Assembly (NCBI GenBank): GCA_947054455.1
Contig: CAMRWN010000002.1
Span: 88,578-152,577, forward strand
Direction of reading: 5' to 3'
Length of the DNA: 64,000 nucleotides
DNA from: an uncultured Alphaproteobacteria bacterium
GTDB lineage: Bacteria; Pseudomonadota; Alphaproteobacteria; Rs-D84
This document shows, one piece after another, positions 49,069-61,087 of the stretch (within the stretch, counting starts at the first letter, position 1; each line of letters opens with the position of its first letter). The translations under genes were made by a program, and so were the position numbers. The notes under the pieces are model-generated. The model saw nothing but the letters and a program-made list of their open reading frames with translations. It was not told where the DNA came from and did no database searches.

Positions 49069-50226
49069 TTATACATCAAAATTATAATTTTTTACTGATT
49101 TTACAATTGCGTTAACCAGCTTGTTCTGGTGGTTGTCGGATTTCAGCAAACGCTCTTCGGCCGCATTTGACAAATGCCCCAGTTCAATCAACGCGCTGGG
49201 GACCGCGCAACGCAAAACCGCGAACGGCGCATGACGAACGCCCGGGCCGGGCTGCGCCTCTATCCCGCCGCTGCGAAACGCGCGCGAACATCCGTTGGCA
49301 TACTCTTCGCTCATTTCGGCCAAGGCATGCTGCTGCAGCGCAGACAACGCGACACGTATGTCTTTTTCAAAGTCAGAGAAATCGGACACCCCTATTCTAT
49401 CGGCCGCGTTTTCGGATTCGGCCAATTTTTTCGCTTCTTCGTCGGACGCCTTTTCGGACAATGTGTAAATCGAGAAGCCCTTCATTGCACGGCTGGGGTT
49501 TGCGTTCGCATGCAGTGATAAAAACAAGTCCGCCTTGCGCTGTTCGCCGATTTCGGCACGCTGGGCCAATTTAAGATATCGGTCATCGCTGCGTGTCATA
49601 TAAGTTTTGAATCCCGCCGCATCCAATTTCGTCCGCAGCTTTTTCGCCACCGCCAGAACGATATCCTTTTCACGGGTTCCGCCCTTGCCTATGCAGCCGG
49701 GATCCTTGCCGCCGTGTCCCGCATCAATGACGATAACATATTTATGCGCGGGCGCCGTTTTCGTTCCCGTTGATGCAGCGGCCGTTGCAGTTCTGGCCGG
49801 CGCAGTGCCGGCGGCAAAATCCAAAACCAGACGATATCCGTAATCGCCGTTCGGTTCCAAAACCATGATTTGATTTTTCGGAATCTGGCCGACAGGTTTG
49901 CGCAGGTTTGCCGCAATCTGCAGGCGGTCGCCAACCTGGGTTTGGGAAACAGAAGATATCAGCGTTCCCGACGCCAGCGACGGCGACAGCGATTGATTTG
50001 CGGCCGTATTTGCCAAACTTATTATCAAACGGTTTTCAGGATACGACAGCATATAGCTGGGGCGCATGGATGTTTCAATCACCAGGCGGGTTTTGTTTCC
50101 CGGCTGAACACCGGTTCGCAGCGAGCGCAACGAATTTCGTGCCGCCAGCGCCATCTTGGGCGCGATAGCCACCGCCGCGACTGAAAAACCGGTTATTTTC
50201 AAAAGAGTACGTCTGGATACTTTCAT
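49069..50226 (-). CDS. amiC: N-acetylmuramoyl-L-alanine amidase with Tat signal and AMIN domain
   Basis: SRRTLLK, IDAGHGGKDPG, SLHAN, ALIELG. Confidence 0.93.
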   Translation of the reverse strand: MKVSRRTLLKITGFSVAAVAIAPKMALAARNSLRSLRTGVQPGNKTRLVIETSMRPSYMLSYPENRLIISLANTAANQSLSPSLASGTLISSVSQTQVGDRLQIAANLRKPVGQIPKNQIMVLEPNGDYGYRLVLDFAAGTAPARTATAAASTGTKTAPAHKYVIVIDAGHGGKDPGCIGKGGTREKDIVLAVAKKLRTKLDAAGFKTYMTRSDDRYLKLAQRAEIGEQRKADLFLSLHANANPSRAMKGFSIYTLSEKASDEEAKKLAESENAADRIGVSDFSDFEKDIRVALSALQQHALAEMSEEYANGCSRAFRSGGIEAQPGPGVRHAPFAVLRCAVPSALIELGHLSNAAEERLLKSDNHQNKLVNAIVKSVKNYNFDV

Positions 50227-50307
50227 TTGAGTGAAATTATATCAAATTTTTAAAAACTGCACAAGTCCCGCGTCCGAAAAAATCCCCCAAGGCGGGGGAT
50301 TTTAAAA

Positions 50308-51552
50308 TTACTTGCTGACGCAGTTTGCAAATATTTGCGCAATCAGGGACGATTCCTCGCCGGTCATTGATGCGACCGGCACGACATAGCAGCGCGCACT
50401 GTCGCGCATAATGAACACCTTAGTTCCGCGCTTGTATGCGTTTTTCATATTGTCAATCTGGGCCGAAGACAGAAACGCGTTCTGGGTTGTCGCCGGCAAC
50501 GACATCGCGGCGTTTACCACCTGATGCGCGGTGCCATAGCTCCACAATTCCGACATGGATGTGATTTCCATATAAACCGGCCAGTTTTCATACGGGTTTT
50601 CTTTTGCCTCTTCCACGGTCGGGAACGCAACCCCGGTGATAAGCGCCGCCGCCGTCTGCAGTGCGGTCGGCTGAGATGCGCCGGAAGATGTGTGCGAAAC
50701 CGTATTAAGCTGCATATTATCGCCGCACGCCAAATTCATTCGGTTTGTATACCCGGCCAGCACCGCGTCAACCGCATTCTGCCAGTCGGCGCCCTTTTTA
50801 TTTAAATCCAAACTGACGATTTTTTCCGCCCATCCCCAAACACTGGCGCCGACATTGCCCGCGTTTGCAAAACGGGTGACCATTTCCGCACTGCCCCCCG
50901 GAACGCCTGCACCGCAATAGTCCGTCAGTTGCGATGTCAGCATGCTGGTCGTTTCGTTCCCGTACGCCAGCGAAACCGAATGACATGCCATGGCGGCTTC
51001 CAATTCCTGGCGACGCTGCAGGCACAAATCGGAATGAGACTTGCTCAGCTGTGTGGCCATGTTTGACATCGCCAGATAAGACATCAATTCCTGTTGCACA
51101 TACGACGGACACAGACGCGCCGCGGTGTTCATGCCACCAACGCCCGTACGTGTGTTCGTATCGTACTGCGGCAGCAGGATAGATGTGTCCTTTTGCAGGC
51201 ACAGCAATGTATAATTGTACAGTTCGCTTTCGGTCGCATACTGGCAACGGCCGTCGCGCTGGCCCGGGATGACGGAAACGTCCCCGCAATAATCCGACAG
51301 ACACTTGTAAATGCGTTCACGGCACGCGGTGTCGACATCGGGCTGGGTTATCATATAATATGTATTGCGCTGATTTGCCTTGTACGCATTTGCCAGACCC
51401 TGGTTCCCGCGCGCGCCGCCCGTTCCGGACGCAGACGACGATACCCCGCGCACGGTGTTTGACGCCCCCACGGTACCCGCAGACAGTGCATATGCCCCAC
51501 CGCCCCAGCAGCATAATCCGACCAAACCAAACAATGCAAAGATGTTTTTCAT
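50308..51552 (-). CDS. Secreted Cys-rich hypothetical protein
   Basis: Signal peptide, Gly/Ser linker, spaced Cys. Confidence 0.8.
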   Translation of the reverse strand: MKNIFALFGLVGLCCWGGGAYALSAGTVGASNTVRGVSSSASGTGGARGNQGLANAYKANQRNTYYMITQPDVDTACRERIYKCLSDYCGDVSVIPGQRDGRCQYATESELYNYTLLCLQKDTSILLPQYDTNTRTGVGGMNTAARLCPSYVQQELMSYLAMSNMATQLSKSHSDLCLQRRQELEAAMACHSVSLAYGNETTSMLTSQLTDYCGAGVPGGSAEMVTRFANAGNVGASVWGWAEKIVSLDLNKKGADWQNAVDAVLAGYTNRMNLACGDNMQLNTVSHTSSGASQPTALQTAAALITGVAFPTVEEAKENPYENWPVYMEITSMSELWSYGTAHQVVNAAMSLPATTQNAFLSSAQIDNMKNAYKRGTKVFIMRDSARCYVVPVASMTGEESSLIAQIFANCVSK

Positions 51553-51672
51553 TGAAAATCCCTCTCGTTATCAGAAATTTTAACACATCGGGATTCAAAA
51601 GGCAAACATTCATTTAACACGGCATGCAACAAATCGATTGATTTGCACTGACAAATCTATAATAATTCGGGC

Positions 51673-52744
51673 ATGATTATACCAAATGAAATTTTAACCC
51701 GAATTTCCGACGACATTTCCGCCGTCAGGGGGTTTCTTTGACCCGGCAAAGCTGGAATCTGAAATAAGCGAACTGACCCGCCAGACCGAAAATCCCGAAT
51801 TTTGGGATAATCCGGACGCCGCGCGTACTGTAATGCAGAAAAAATCATCCAAGGAAAAGGCGTTAAGCGAACTGCGCGCAATGGAATCCGAATATGCCAA
51901 CCTGCGTGATTTATATGAAATCGCCCCGGATGACGCGGATGTTGTCGCAGCGATTGAAAATTTGGCGGATACGGCGCACCGCGCGAAATTTATCACCCTG
52001 TTCAAAGACCCGGCGGACAATAACGGCGCATTCTTGTTCATCCAGGCCGGCGCCGGCGGAACCGAGGCCCAAGACTGGGCCCAGATGCTGTCGCGGATGT
52101 ACGCCCGCTGGGCCGAGCGGCACGGATTTTCAACAGAGGTCATAGAAGAACACGAAGGCGACACCGCGGGAATAAAAAACATTACATACCGCATATCTGG
52201 CGAACGCGCGTACGGTTGGCTAAAGAATGAAATCGGTGTGCATCGTCTGGTGCGTATATCACCCTTTAACGCCAATGGCAAACGCCAGACCAGCTTCGCA
52301 TCCGTCGACGTATGGCCCGACATCGACGACACCATAGAAATAGAAATAAACGACAAAGACCTGCGGATTGATACATACCGTTCGTCCGGCGCGGGTGGCC
52401 AGCATGTTAACAAAACCGACAGCGCGGTGCGCATAACCCACCTGCCTACGAATACGGTGGTAACATGCCAGAACGAACGCAGCCAGATTCAAAACAAGGA
52501 AATGGCGATGAAAATGCTGCGTTCGCGCCTGTATGAACTGGAACTGCAGAAACGCGCCGAGGAGGAAAATGCCGCCAAGGCCGCGCAAAAGAAAATCGAA
52601 TGGGGCAGCCAGATTCGCAACTATGTACTGTACCCATACCAGCTGGTCAAGGATGTGCGCACCGGGGTCGAAAAAACTGATTCCGATGCGGTTCTGGACG
52701 GGGATTTGGACGAATTTATGCTAAGCCTGCTGCAGCGCGGATAA
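51673..52744 (+). CDS. prfB: Peptide chain release factor 2 with programmed +1 frameshift
   Basis: ATG 51673 runs to AGGGGG-TTT-CTT-TGA-C (51727-51742); the +1 frame continues DPAKL…FWDNP and holds the SPF and GGQ motifs. Confidence 0.97.
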
Positions 52745-52953
52745 AAAAACAAACCGGCTTAGGCCGGTTTTTATTCTGGTGCACCCGGCGCGATTCACTC
52801 GGCATAAATGCCTGCGTGGCATTCCTGACGTCTCGACTGCGCGAATGCTTGTCTCGACTAGTCATTGTCGAACGCGCGTTCTAATCGCGGCATATAAAAT
52901 AAAAAACAAACCGGCTTATGCCGGTTTTTATTCTGGTGCACCCGGCGCGATTC
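52744..52953. repeat. 53-bp direct repeat (terminator + tRNA-Arg 3' end) around a 104-bp palindromic spacer
   Basis: 52744-52796 and 52901-52953 differ at one base. Confidence 0.9.
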
Positions 52954-53010
52954 GAACGCGCAATCCCCGCCTTCGGAGGGCGATGCTCTATCCAGTTGAG
53001 CCACGGGTGC
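52934..53010 (-). tRNA. tRNA-Arg(CCG)
   Basis: GCACCCG…TCGCC-CT-CCG-AA-GGCGG…GTTCGAATC…CGGGTGCACCA. Confidence 0.96.
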
Positions 53011-53160
53011 AAGTATTCCTGATTGTACCGCTTTTTATAAAAAATGCAAGCAGTGCTTTCACATATTTAAACGCCGCGCACACGTTCGGCAAAAATACGA
53101 TTGCAACAGGAAATAATTCCCGCTACAGTTCATACATAATATAAATAGGAGGGAATTCAT

Positions 53161-53613
53161 ATGTTCAGATTTTTGTTAATTGCACTGGCACTGGCGGGTT
53201 GCAACAGTATTTATGTAAAGCCCGGTACACTGGATACCACCAAAACATTTTACGCGGACCGCGGCGGATACACAATGCGCCGCAGCATCAAGCAACAGAT
53301 GGAGGCACGTGGATATAACGTGGTTGTCGGCATCGCCAAATCAGCCACACATTTGAACGACGGCGCCGAAGGAATAGAAATTGATTCCGCTGGCGTTCCA
53401 AACGATGCGCGCTATATTGTCAAAGTAAATGAACGCCGTGAAATGTTCAATCCGTTTTGGTGTCCGCTGAATGGTTTTTGGTGGTGGAATTTCAACGTAT
53501 CCATTGCCGACCAGAAAACGGGACAAGAACTGATGACATGGCGCGGGCGCGGATGCTCGCACAGTTCGCTGCGCAAGCTGAACAAAATTTTGGAACAAAT
53601 GGAAATTAAATGA
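53161..53613 (+). CDS. Hypothetical lipoprotein
   Basis: Lipobox LAGC, SD GGAGG. Confidence 0.85.
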   Translation: MFRFLLIALALAGCNSIYVKPGTLDTTKTFYADRGGYTMRRSIKQQMEARGYNVVVGIAKSATHLNDGAEGIEIDSAGVPNDARYIVKVNERREMFNPFWCPLNGFWWWNFNVSIADQKTGQELMTWRGRGCSHSSLRKLNKILEQMEIK

Positions 53614-54035
53614 CGTCAGACGAAAATATCGCGGCAATTTTAGAAATAGTCAGGGCGTGCGACGCCCTGCAATTGTGTACGTGCGGCGCGACCGAATACC
53701 CAGAAACACGACACGTATCCAATGCAATGAACCGTGATGCGAATGATTTGACACTGATGTTCATGACCGGCGCAAAAACGCCAAAGGCGGCACAACTGCG
53801 CGCTAATCCTAAATGCTGTCTGTACTATTTCAACGACGCAAACCGTCATGCGGTGCGACTGTTCGGCGAAATCGAATTTATTGCGGACATGGCGTTGCGA
53901 CGCGTGCACTGGCGACCGGAATTTGCAAAATTCGGATACAACGGCCCAGACGACCCGGATTTCGCGCTTATGCGTTTTATACCACGAAAATACAAATTTT
54001 ATGTCGCATCCGAGTTAAAATCAGGAACACTGTGA
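53610..54035 (+). CDS. Pyridoxamine 5'-phosphate oxidase-like FMN-binding protein
   Basis: YPETR, KAAQLRANPKCCLYY, GPDDPDFALMRF. Confidence 0.85.
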   Translation: MTSDENIAAILEIVRACDALQLCTCGATEYPETRHVSNAMNRDANDLTLMFMTGAKTPKAAQLRANPKCCLYYFNDANRHAVRLFGEIEFIADMALRRVHWRPEFAKFGYNGPDDPDFALMRFIPRKYKFYVASELKSGTL

Positions 54036-54091
54036 AAATAACAATAAAAAAAGGGGCCGAAAAAACGGCCCCTTTTAAACAACTTGTGATA

Positions 54092-54715
54092 TTATTCATC
54101 AATGTTTGTGTATTCGCAAAAACCTTCGTTTGTATCGCAGCGGGAAATTGTGCCTTCGCTGATGAAATATCCGCGTTCATGCAGACATGCCGCGCACATT
54201 TCCGGGGCCTCGGTTCCGATGTGCCAGTTGCCACAGTTTGTGCAGCGCCACATGACAACCTTGTCCTGTTTGAACAATGTGCCGTTTTCAATGGCTTCGG
54301 CCAGTGCGCGATAACGCGATTCATGATAACGTTCGGCATAACCGATGTTTTTCAAAACTTCCGCAATCGCCGGGAAGCCTTCCTGGGCCGCAATCTGGGC
54401 AAATTTCGGATACATTTCGGTATTTTCTTCGTGTTCACCGTATGCCGCCGCCTTCAGATTTTCCAATGTAGTTCCGATTTTGCCGGCCGGGAAAGACGCG
54501 GTAATTTCCAAATCACCGCCTTCCAAAAACTTGAACAGACGAGACGCGTGTTCCTTTTCCTGGTCCGCAGTTTCCAAAAAGATTTTCGCAATTGCCTGAT
54601 AGCCTTCCTTTTTCGCCTTGGATGCAAAGAAGGTATAACGGTTGCGCGCCTGGGATTCGCCGGCAAATGCCATCAGCAAATTCTTTTCGGTCTGCGTTCC
54701 TTTTAGTGTTGCCAT
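54092..54715 (-). CDS. rbr: Rubrerythrin
   Basis: NLLMAFAGESQARNRY, EKEH, EHEE, ERYH, rubredoxin WRCTNCG…CAAC. Confidence 0.94.
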   Translation of the reverse strand: MATLKGTQTEKNLLMAFAGESQARNRYTFFASKAKKEGYQAIAKIFLETADQEKEHASRLFKFLEGGDLEITASFPAGKIGTTLENLKAAAYGEHEENTEMYPKFAQIAAQEGFPAIAEVLKNIGYAERYHESRYRALAEAIENGTLFKQDKVVMWRCTNCGNWHIGTEAPEMCAACLHERGYFISEGTISRCDTNEGFCEYTNIDE

Positions 54716-54797
54716 GATTTTCTCCTTTATGTAGTTTAGCTTGTGCATAAAATCCTAGCACATGGTAATTGAAAAATCAAAAAAATTATTATGCCGC

Positions 54798-56676
<1,879 letters not shown>

Positions 56677-56707
56677 TTAAACACATTAAAAATAAAAAGG
56701 CAAAAAA

Positions 56708-56938
56708 ATGTTTGGAAAAGTAAAAAAAGTATTCTTTACCGGTGTGTTTGGGATTTTGTATGTTTCGTTTATTGCACAGTTGGTATATATTCTGGGCTGG
56801 ACACACGGATTTGAAAACAAACTGATTCAGCTGGCGTTGCTGTCGCTGGAATGGCTGGTTCTGATTGCGGCACGTTATCTGTCAAAGCGCAGCAGCGGTG
56901 CCGCCCAGCATAACGGCTATAACAACCGCCGTCGTTAA
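56708..56938 (+). CDS. Small two-TM membrane protein
   Basis: Two hydrophobic helices, SD AAGG, terminator downstream. Confidence 0.7.
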   Translation: MFGKVKKVFFTGVFGILYVSFIAQLVYILGWTHGFENKLIQLALLSLEWLVLIAARYLSKRSSGAAQHNGYNNRRR

Positions 56939-57066
56939 TATTGCGACAACGCATAAAAAATCCCCGCAATCGGGGATTTTTTTATATTCGTTTTGCCCGG
57001 CGAAGAATCCGCCCCCCCAACATATCCCGCACTATAAAAGTTCATTTTATTCTTGTCCATATTGCT

Positions 57067-57095
57067 CTTGAAAATCAATAAAAATGCCTTATTAT
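57067..57095 (+). promoter_or_regulatory. Candidate RpoH promoter of the lon-like gene
   Basis: CTTGAA-N14-CCTTATTAT, similar to the dnaK upstream motif. Confidence 0.45.
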
Positions 57096-57105
57096 TAGTT
57101 TTACC

Positions 57106-58863
57106 ATGAAAGAATATATTTTACCTTTTCGAAATCTTGTCGTCAGCCCGGGATTAACCGTGCCGCTGTACATAGACAATCCATTATCTATCGCCTGCAT
57201 AGAAGCCGCGATGAAAAACAGCCGCCGCATCGTCCTGACGCCGCAGCACAGCTGGGGCTATCCGGCCGAGGCCGGGGATGTATATGATGCGGGGACAATC
57301 GGCGACATCGCCCAGGTTTTACGCATGCCGGACGGTTCGGTTCACGCAATAGTACGCACGACGGGCGTTGTAAAGATATCGGACATTTCCGTTGAAAACG
57401 GATTGTTTACCGGCGAAATGACGCCGCTGGAAATTCTGGACGACATGGAAACGGAACGCGTCGTTGCATTGCGCGACAAGATAACCGCAAATCTGCAGTC
57501 GCTATATGCATCGCGCAAGGCCAAGACGGACAAGCTGCGCGCTGTTGCACAAAATTATCCGCTGCCGGCGTTCATAGACTCGGTCGTGCAAATGCTGGAC
57601 GTTGAAACGGACATATCCGTCCAGATTCTGTGCGCAAACACTTGGCTGGAAAAACTGATTATTCTGCTGGGCCAGGTCAACCTGCTGGGCGAGACGATGA
57701 AAATAGAAGATTCCATCAACCGCCGCATAAACCAGCAAATGGAAAACGGCCGCCGCGACGCATTTCTGCAGGAAAAGCTGCGTGCGATTCAAAAAGAACT
57801 GGGCGACGACAGCGAGGAAATGGATGCGGAAAACATGCGCCGCCGCATAGAAAAAGCCCCCCTGCCCGCGGATGCCCGCGACAAGGCCATGTCGGAATGG
57901 CGCCGCATGCGCAGTCTGTCGCCAATGTCGAACGAAGGCGGCCTGCTGAAGACATATCTGGATGAACTGCTGGCGATGCCATGGACAAAATCTTCGTCTG
58001 CGCCGATTGATTTGAAAAATGCACGCGCCACATTGGATTCGTGCCACAGCGGCATGCCCGGCGTCAAGGAACGCATTCTGGAACACATTGCAGTCATGAA
58101 AAAAACGGGCCGCAACCAAGGCAGCATTTTATGTCTGGTCGGGGCGCCGGGTGTCGGCAAGACATCCCTGTGCAAGTCAATTGCAGACGCACTGGGCCGC
58201 AAGTATCAGCGCATATCGCTGGGTGGAATATCGGACGAGTCGCATTTCCGCGGCCACCGCAAAACCTATATAGGTGCGCAAACCGGGCGAATAATGGACG
58301 CACTGAAACGCTGCAAGGTGAACAATCCTGTCATTGTTTTGGACGAAATCGACAAAATGGGCCGCGATTGGCGCGGGGATCCGGAATCGGCGCTGCTGGA
58401 AATACTGGACCCGGAACAGAACAAGACGTTCCGCGACCATTATCTGGAGGTTGATTTCGACCTGTCCAACGTATTGTTCATCGCAACCGCGAACAGTCTG
58501 AACATGTCCAGCGCGCTAAAAGACAGAATGGAAATTATCGAAATCCCCGGATATGACACCGCGGAAAAGATAAAAATCGCACGCGACCATCTGATTGCGC
58601 GCGCCGCCCGCGACACGGGTTGGGACATGGACAACATCGTCATATCAGACGACGCCATACGGCATGTTATTCAAAATCATACGTCGGAACAAGGCGTGCG
58701 CCAGTTGCAGCGCGAACTGACCGCGATTCTGCGGCGCACCCTGCTGGAAAACGACGGCGAAGATGCAAAAACCGAATTTACACCGGCGACGATAGACAGA
58801 CTGCTGTCCGTGCGTCAGTCGGCCGGATTCGCAAAAAAAATCGGGTTCGGGATACGGGCCTAG
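57106..58863 (+). CDS. Lon-like AAA+ ATPase lacking the protease domain
   Basis: Lon N-domain, GAPGVGKT, RGHRKTYIGA, LDEIDK, LEILDPEQN, GVRQLQR; ends KKIGFGIRA* with no PKDGPSAG domain. Confidence 0.9.
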   Translation: MKEYILPFRNLVVSPGLTVPLYIDNPLSIACIEAAMKNSRRIVLTPQHSWGYPAEAGDVYDAGTIGDIAQVLRMPDGSVHAIVRTTGVVKISDISVENGLFTGEMTPLEILDDMETERVVALRDKITANLQSLYASRKAKTDKLRAVAQNYPLPAFIDSVVQMLDVETDISVQILCANTWLEKLIILLGQVNLLGETMKIEDSINRRINQQMENGRRDAFLQEKLRAIQKELGDDSEEMDAENMRRRIEKAPLPADARDKAMSEWRRMRSLSPMSNEGGLLKTYLDELLAMPWTKSSSAPIDLKNARATLDSCHSGMPGVKERILEHIAVMKKTGRNQGSILCLVGAPGVGKTSLCKSIADALGRKYQRISLGGISDESHFRGHRKTYIGAQTGRIMDALKRCKVNNPVIVLDEIDKMGRDWRGDPESALLEILDPEQNKTFRDHYLEVDFDLSNVLFIATANSLNMSSALKDRMEIIEIPGYDTAEKIKIARDHLIARAARDTGWDMDNIVISDDAIRHVIQNHTSEQGVRQLQRELTAILRRTLLENDGEDAKTEFTPATIDRLLSVRQSAGFAKKIGFGIRA

Positions 58864-58885
58864 CAAATAAACAAAAGGACATAAT

Positions 58886-59173
58886 ATGAAAATCCTGCAT
58901 GCATACGAAATTGTAAAGACCATCGAAAAATCCAATGCCAAAATCCGCTTTCTAGAAGGTGCATATTCGGAACAATACATCTTGGACGACGTCAATCATT
59001 TCATAATCGCAACCAAACTGGGACCAGTAGCGGGCAAACAACTGATATACACAGCCAGCACAGAGGTGGCACACCCCTGCAATGATACTGATTTCCATGG
59101 ACGCCCCGCGCAGATAATATTTGATGCCCTGCGCAAAAAAATGTGTCAAAATAATCAAAATCGGACGCGTTAA
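58886..59173 (+). CDS. Hypothetical protein
   Basis: SD AAGGA; sits between the lon-like gene and tsaB. Confidence 0.7.
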   Translation: MKILHAYEIVKTIEKSNAKIRFLEGAYSEQYILDDVNHFIIATKLGPVAGKQLIYTASTEVAHPCNDTDFHGRPAQIIFDALRKKMCQNNQNRTR

Positions 59174-59175
59174 AA

Positions 59176-59727
59176 ATGATTTTGATAATAAATACATCAG
59201 GGGCCGGGCTGGAATTCGCAATGGGCGAACATTATGCGCACATTGATGCGGAAAAGCAGTCCGCCGCCCTGCCCGCCGCAACGCAAAAATTTTTAAACGA
59301 ATGCGGCGCTGCATGGTCAGATTTGCACGCAATCGGCGTTGTCGTTGGCCCCGGCAGTTTTACCGGCATTCGTCTGGGCATTGCATATGCCAAAGGACTG
59401 GCCATGGGATTGAACATTCCCGTCGTGCCAATCAGCGCATTTGAATTATACCTGGCGGCGACGCCGGACGCGTTTGTTGCAATTGATTCCGGACGCGGCG
59501 ATTTCTTTGTCGCCGCACCGGGACTGACGCCGTGTACAATGTCAATTGATGACGTTGAAACACGCCAGATGGAATGGCCCCGCACGGTCGGTCATCGTCC
59601 GTTCAACCTGGGGCTGGGGACGCATATTGTGCAACAGAAACTGGATTCCGGCGCCATTGAACCTGCGGTTCCGATGTATCTGCGTCCCAGCTATGCGGAG
59701 CAAAACAACAAATGTTCGACGAAATAG
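59176..59727 (+). CDS. tsaB: t6A biosynthesis protein TsaB
   Basis: VGPGSFTGIRLG, PMYLRPS. Confidence 0.94.
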   Translation: MILIINTSGAGLEFAMGEHYAHIDAEKQSAALPAATQKFLNECGAAWSDLHAIGVVVGPGSFTGIRLGIAYAKGLAMGLNIPVVPISAFELYLAATPDAFVAIDSGRGDFFVAAPGLTPCTMSIDDVETRQMEWPRTVGHRPFNLGLGTHIVQQKLDSGAIEPAVPMYLRPSYAEQNNKCSTK

Positions 59728-60098
59728 CAAATCTTCACGCGAAATGCTTTCCGGCAAAACCCTGGGCGGCGGGTGATTTTGCAGATTTGAAAAAATCCGG
59801 CTGCGAAATAATTGCCAGCCAAAACGGTTTCATTGTTTATCGCACCGTCCTGGACGAAGCCGAAATAATAACAATCGGCGTTGCACCCGACGCGCGGCGC
59901 GGCGGAATCGCGGCCGCCATGCTGGGGATTGTCGAAGGTGAACTGAAAAAATCCGGCGTAAAAAAAATATTTTTGGAAGTGGCCGAAGATAATGCCGCCG
60001 CGCGCGCACTGTACGCCCGCAACGGATACGTTGAATCGGGGCGCCGGCCGAAATATTACGACGGCGTTGACGCCATTTTAATGGAGAAGAACATATGA
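59712..60098 (+). CDS. rimI: RimI-like GNAT acetyltransferase
   Basis: RRGGIA, FLEVAEDN, RPKYY; adjacent to tsaB. Confidence 0.88.
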   Translation: MFDEIANLHAKCFPAKPWAAGDFADLKKSGCEIIASQNGFIVYRTVLDEAEIITIGVAPDARRGGIAAAMLGIVEGELKKSGVKKIFLEVAEDNAAARALYARNGYVESGRRPKYYDGVDAILMEKNI

Positions 60099-61087
60099 CC
60101 GAAGAAAATGTAGAAATTCATCTGACGCCATCCACGCCGGTTCCCGGCGACACGGTTGCAGTCGTGGCAATCGGCGGCGAGTTGACGAATACAGAAGACA
60201 AGGCGGATTCATATGCCAAAATGCTGCGACGTTTAATGGCTGAAAATGACATTGAGGGCGTTTCGGTATATTCGGTTTATTATTTGTTTGGCAATCATAA
60301 CACGACAAATGAACGCATTGAACTGTTCTGCCGCGCGGGTCGCCGAGTTTTATGCCGTCAAAAGAGTCCTCAAAAAATCCCGGACTATGTCGCAAAAATA
60401 TATGACGCTGTTTTGCGGCCGCGCATTTCCAGCGCGGACGGAAAGCGGATTCCAACGCCAGAGGCCGACGCGCGCATCGGGCGACTGACGCTGTACGCGC
60501 ACTGCCACGGTGCGGCGGTTATCGTGCAAATGGCGAATCTTATGCGGCGCGACATGGCCAAAATGGGATACACCAACGCAGAGATAGATAAAATTCAGAA
60601 AAACCTGCTGGTGGTGCAGTACAGCCCGATTGCCCCGCTGGAACATCCGCGCTTTACAACACTGTCGTTTGCATCGGCCGAAGACACGCAGATGGACCAC
60701 TATAACACCGTATCGGAATATATCGCGGAACATTCCGCAGATATTCTGCCCAGCTATTTGTCGTTCATGGGCGAAAATCTGTTCGTCGCGTCAAAATTGA
60801 AATCCACATTCGGCAAAGAACACGACCACCGTGGAATGCTGCGCGATGACGATACGCGCCACAATCTGACACCAGACGGGAAAATTATATTCGCCGCCCA
60901 GCGAAACGCACTGATTAACGGCGTACGACGGTCGCAGGCCGGCGCTTCAATGCCGCCGGTTTCGAAACTGGTGTCGGATGACCGTATTGTGAATTTTGAT
61001 GATTTGAATACAAACGGCGAATTTCTGAAACGAATTATGACGTTTGATTTGCAGCAACAAAATCTAGAACGCGGGCGTCAAAAATAA
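60095..61087 (+). CDS. Hypothetical protein (alpha/beta-hydrolase-like AHCHG elbow)
   Basis: 330-aa ORF with ATGA overlap; LTLYAHCHGAAV. Confidence 0.75.
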   Translation: MTEENVEIHLTPSTPVPGDTVAVVAIGGELTNTEDKADSYAKMLRRLMAENDIEGVSVYSVYYLFGNHNTTNERIELFCRAGRRVLCRQKSPQKIPDYVAKIYDAVLRPRISSADGKRIPTPEADARIGRLTLYAHCHGAAVIVQMANLMRRDMAKMGYTNAEIDKIQKNLLVVQYSPIAPLEHPRFTTLSFASAEDTQMDHYNTVSEYIAEHSADILPSYLSFMGENLFVASKLKSTFGKEHDHRGMLRDDDTRHNLTPDGKIIFAAQRNALINGVRRSQAGASMPPVSKLVSDDRIVNFDDLNTNGEFLKRIMTFDLQQQNLERGRQK

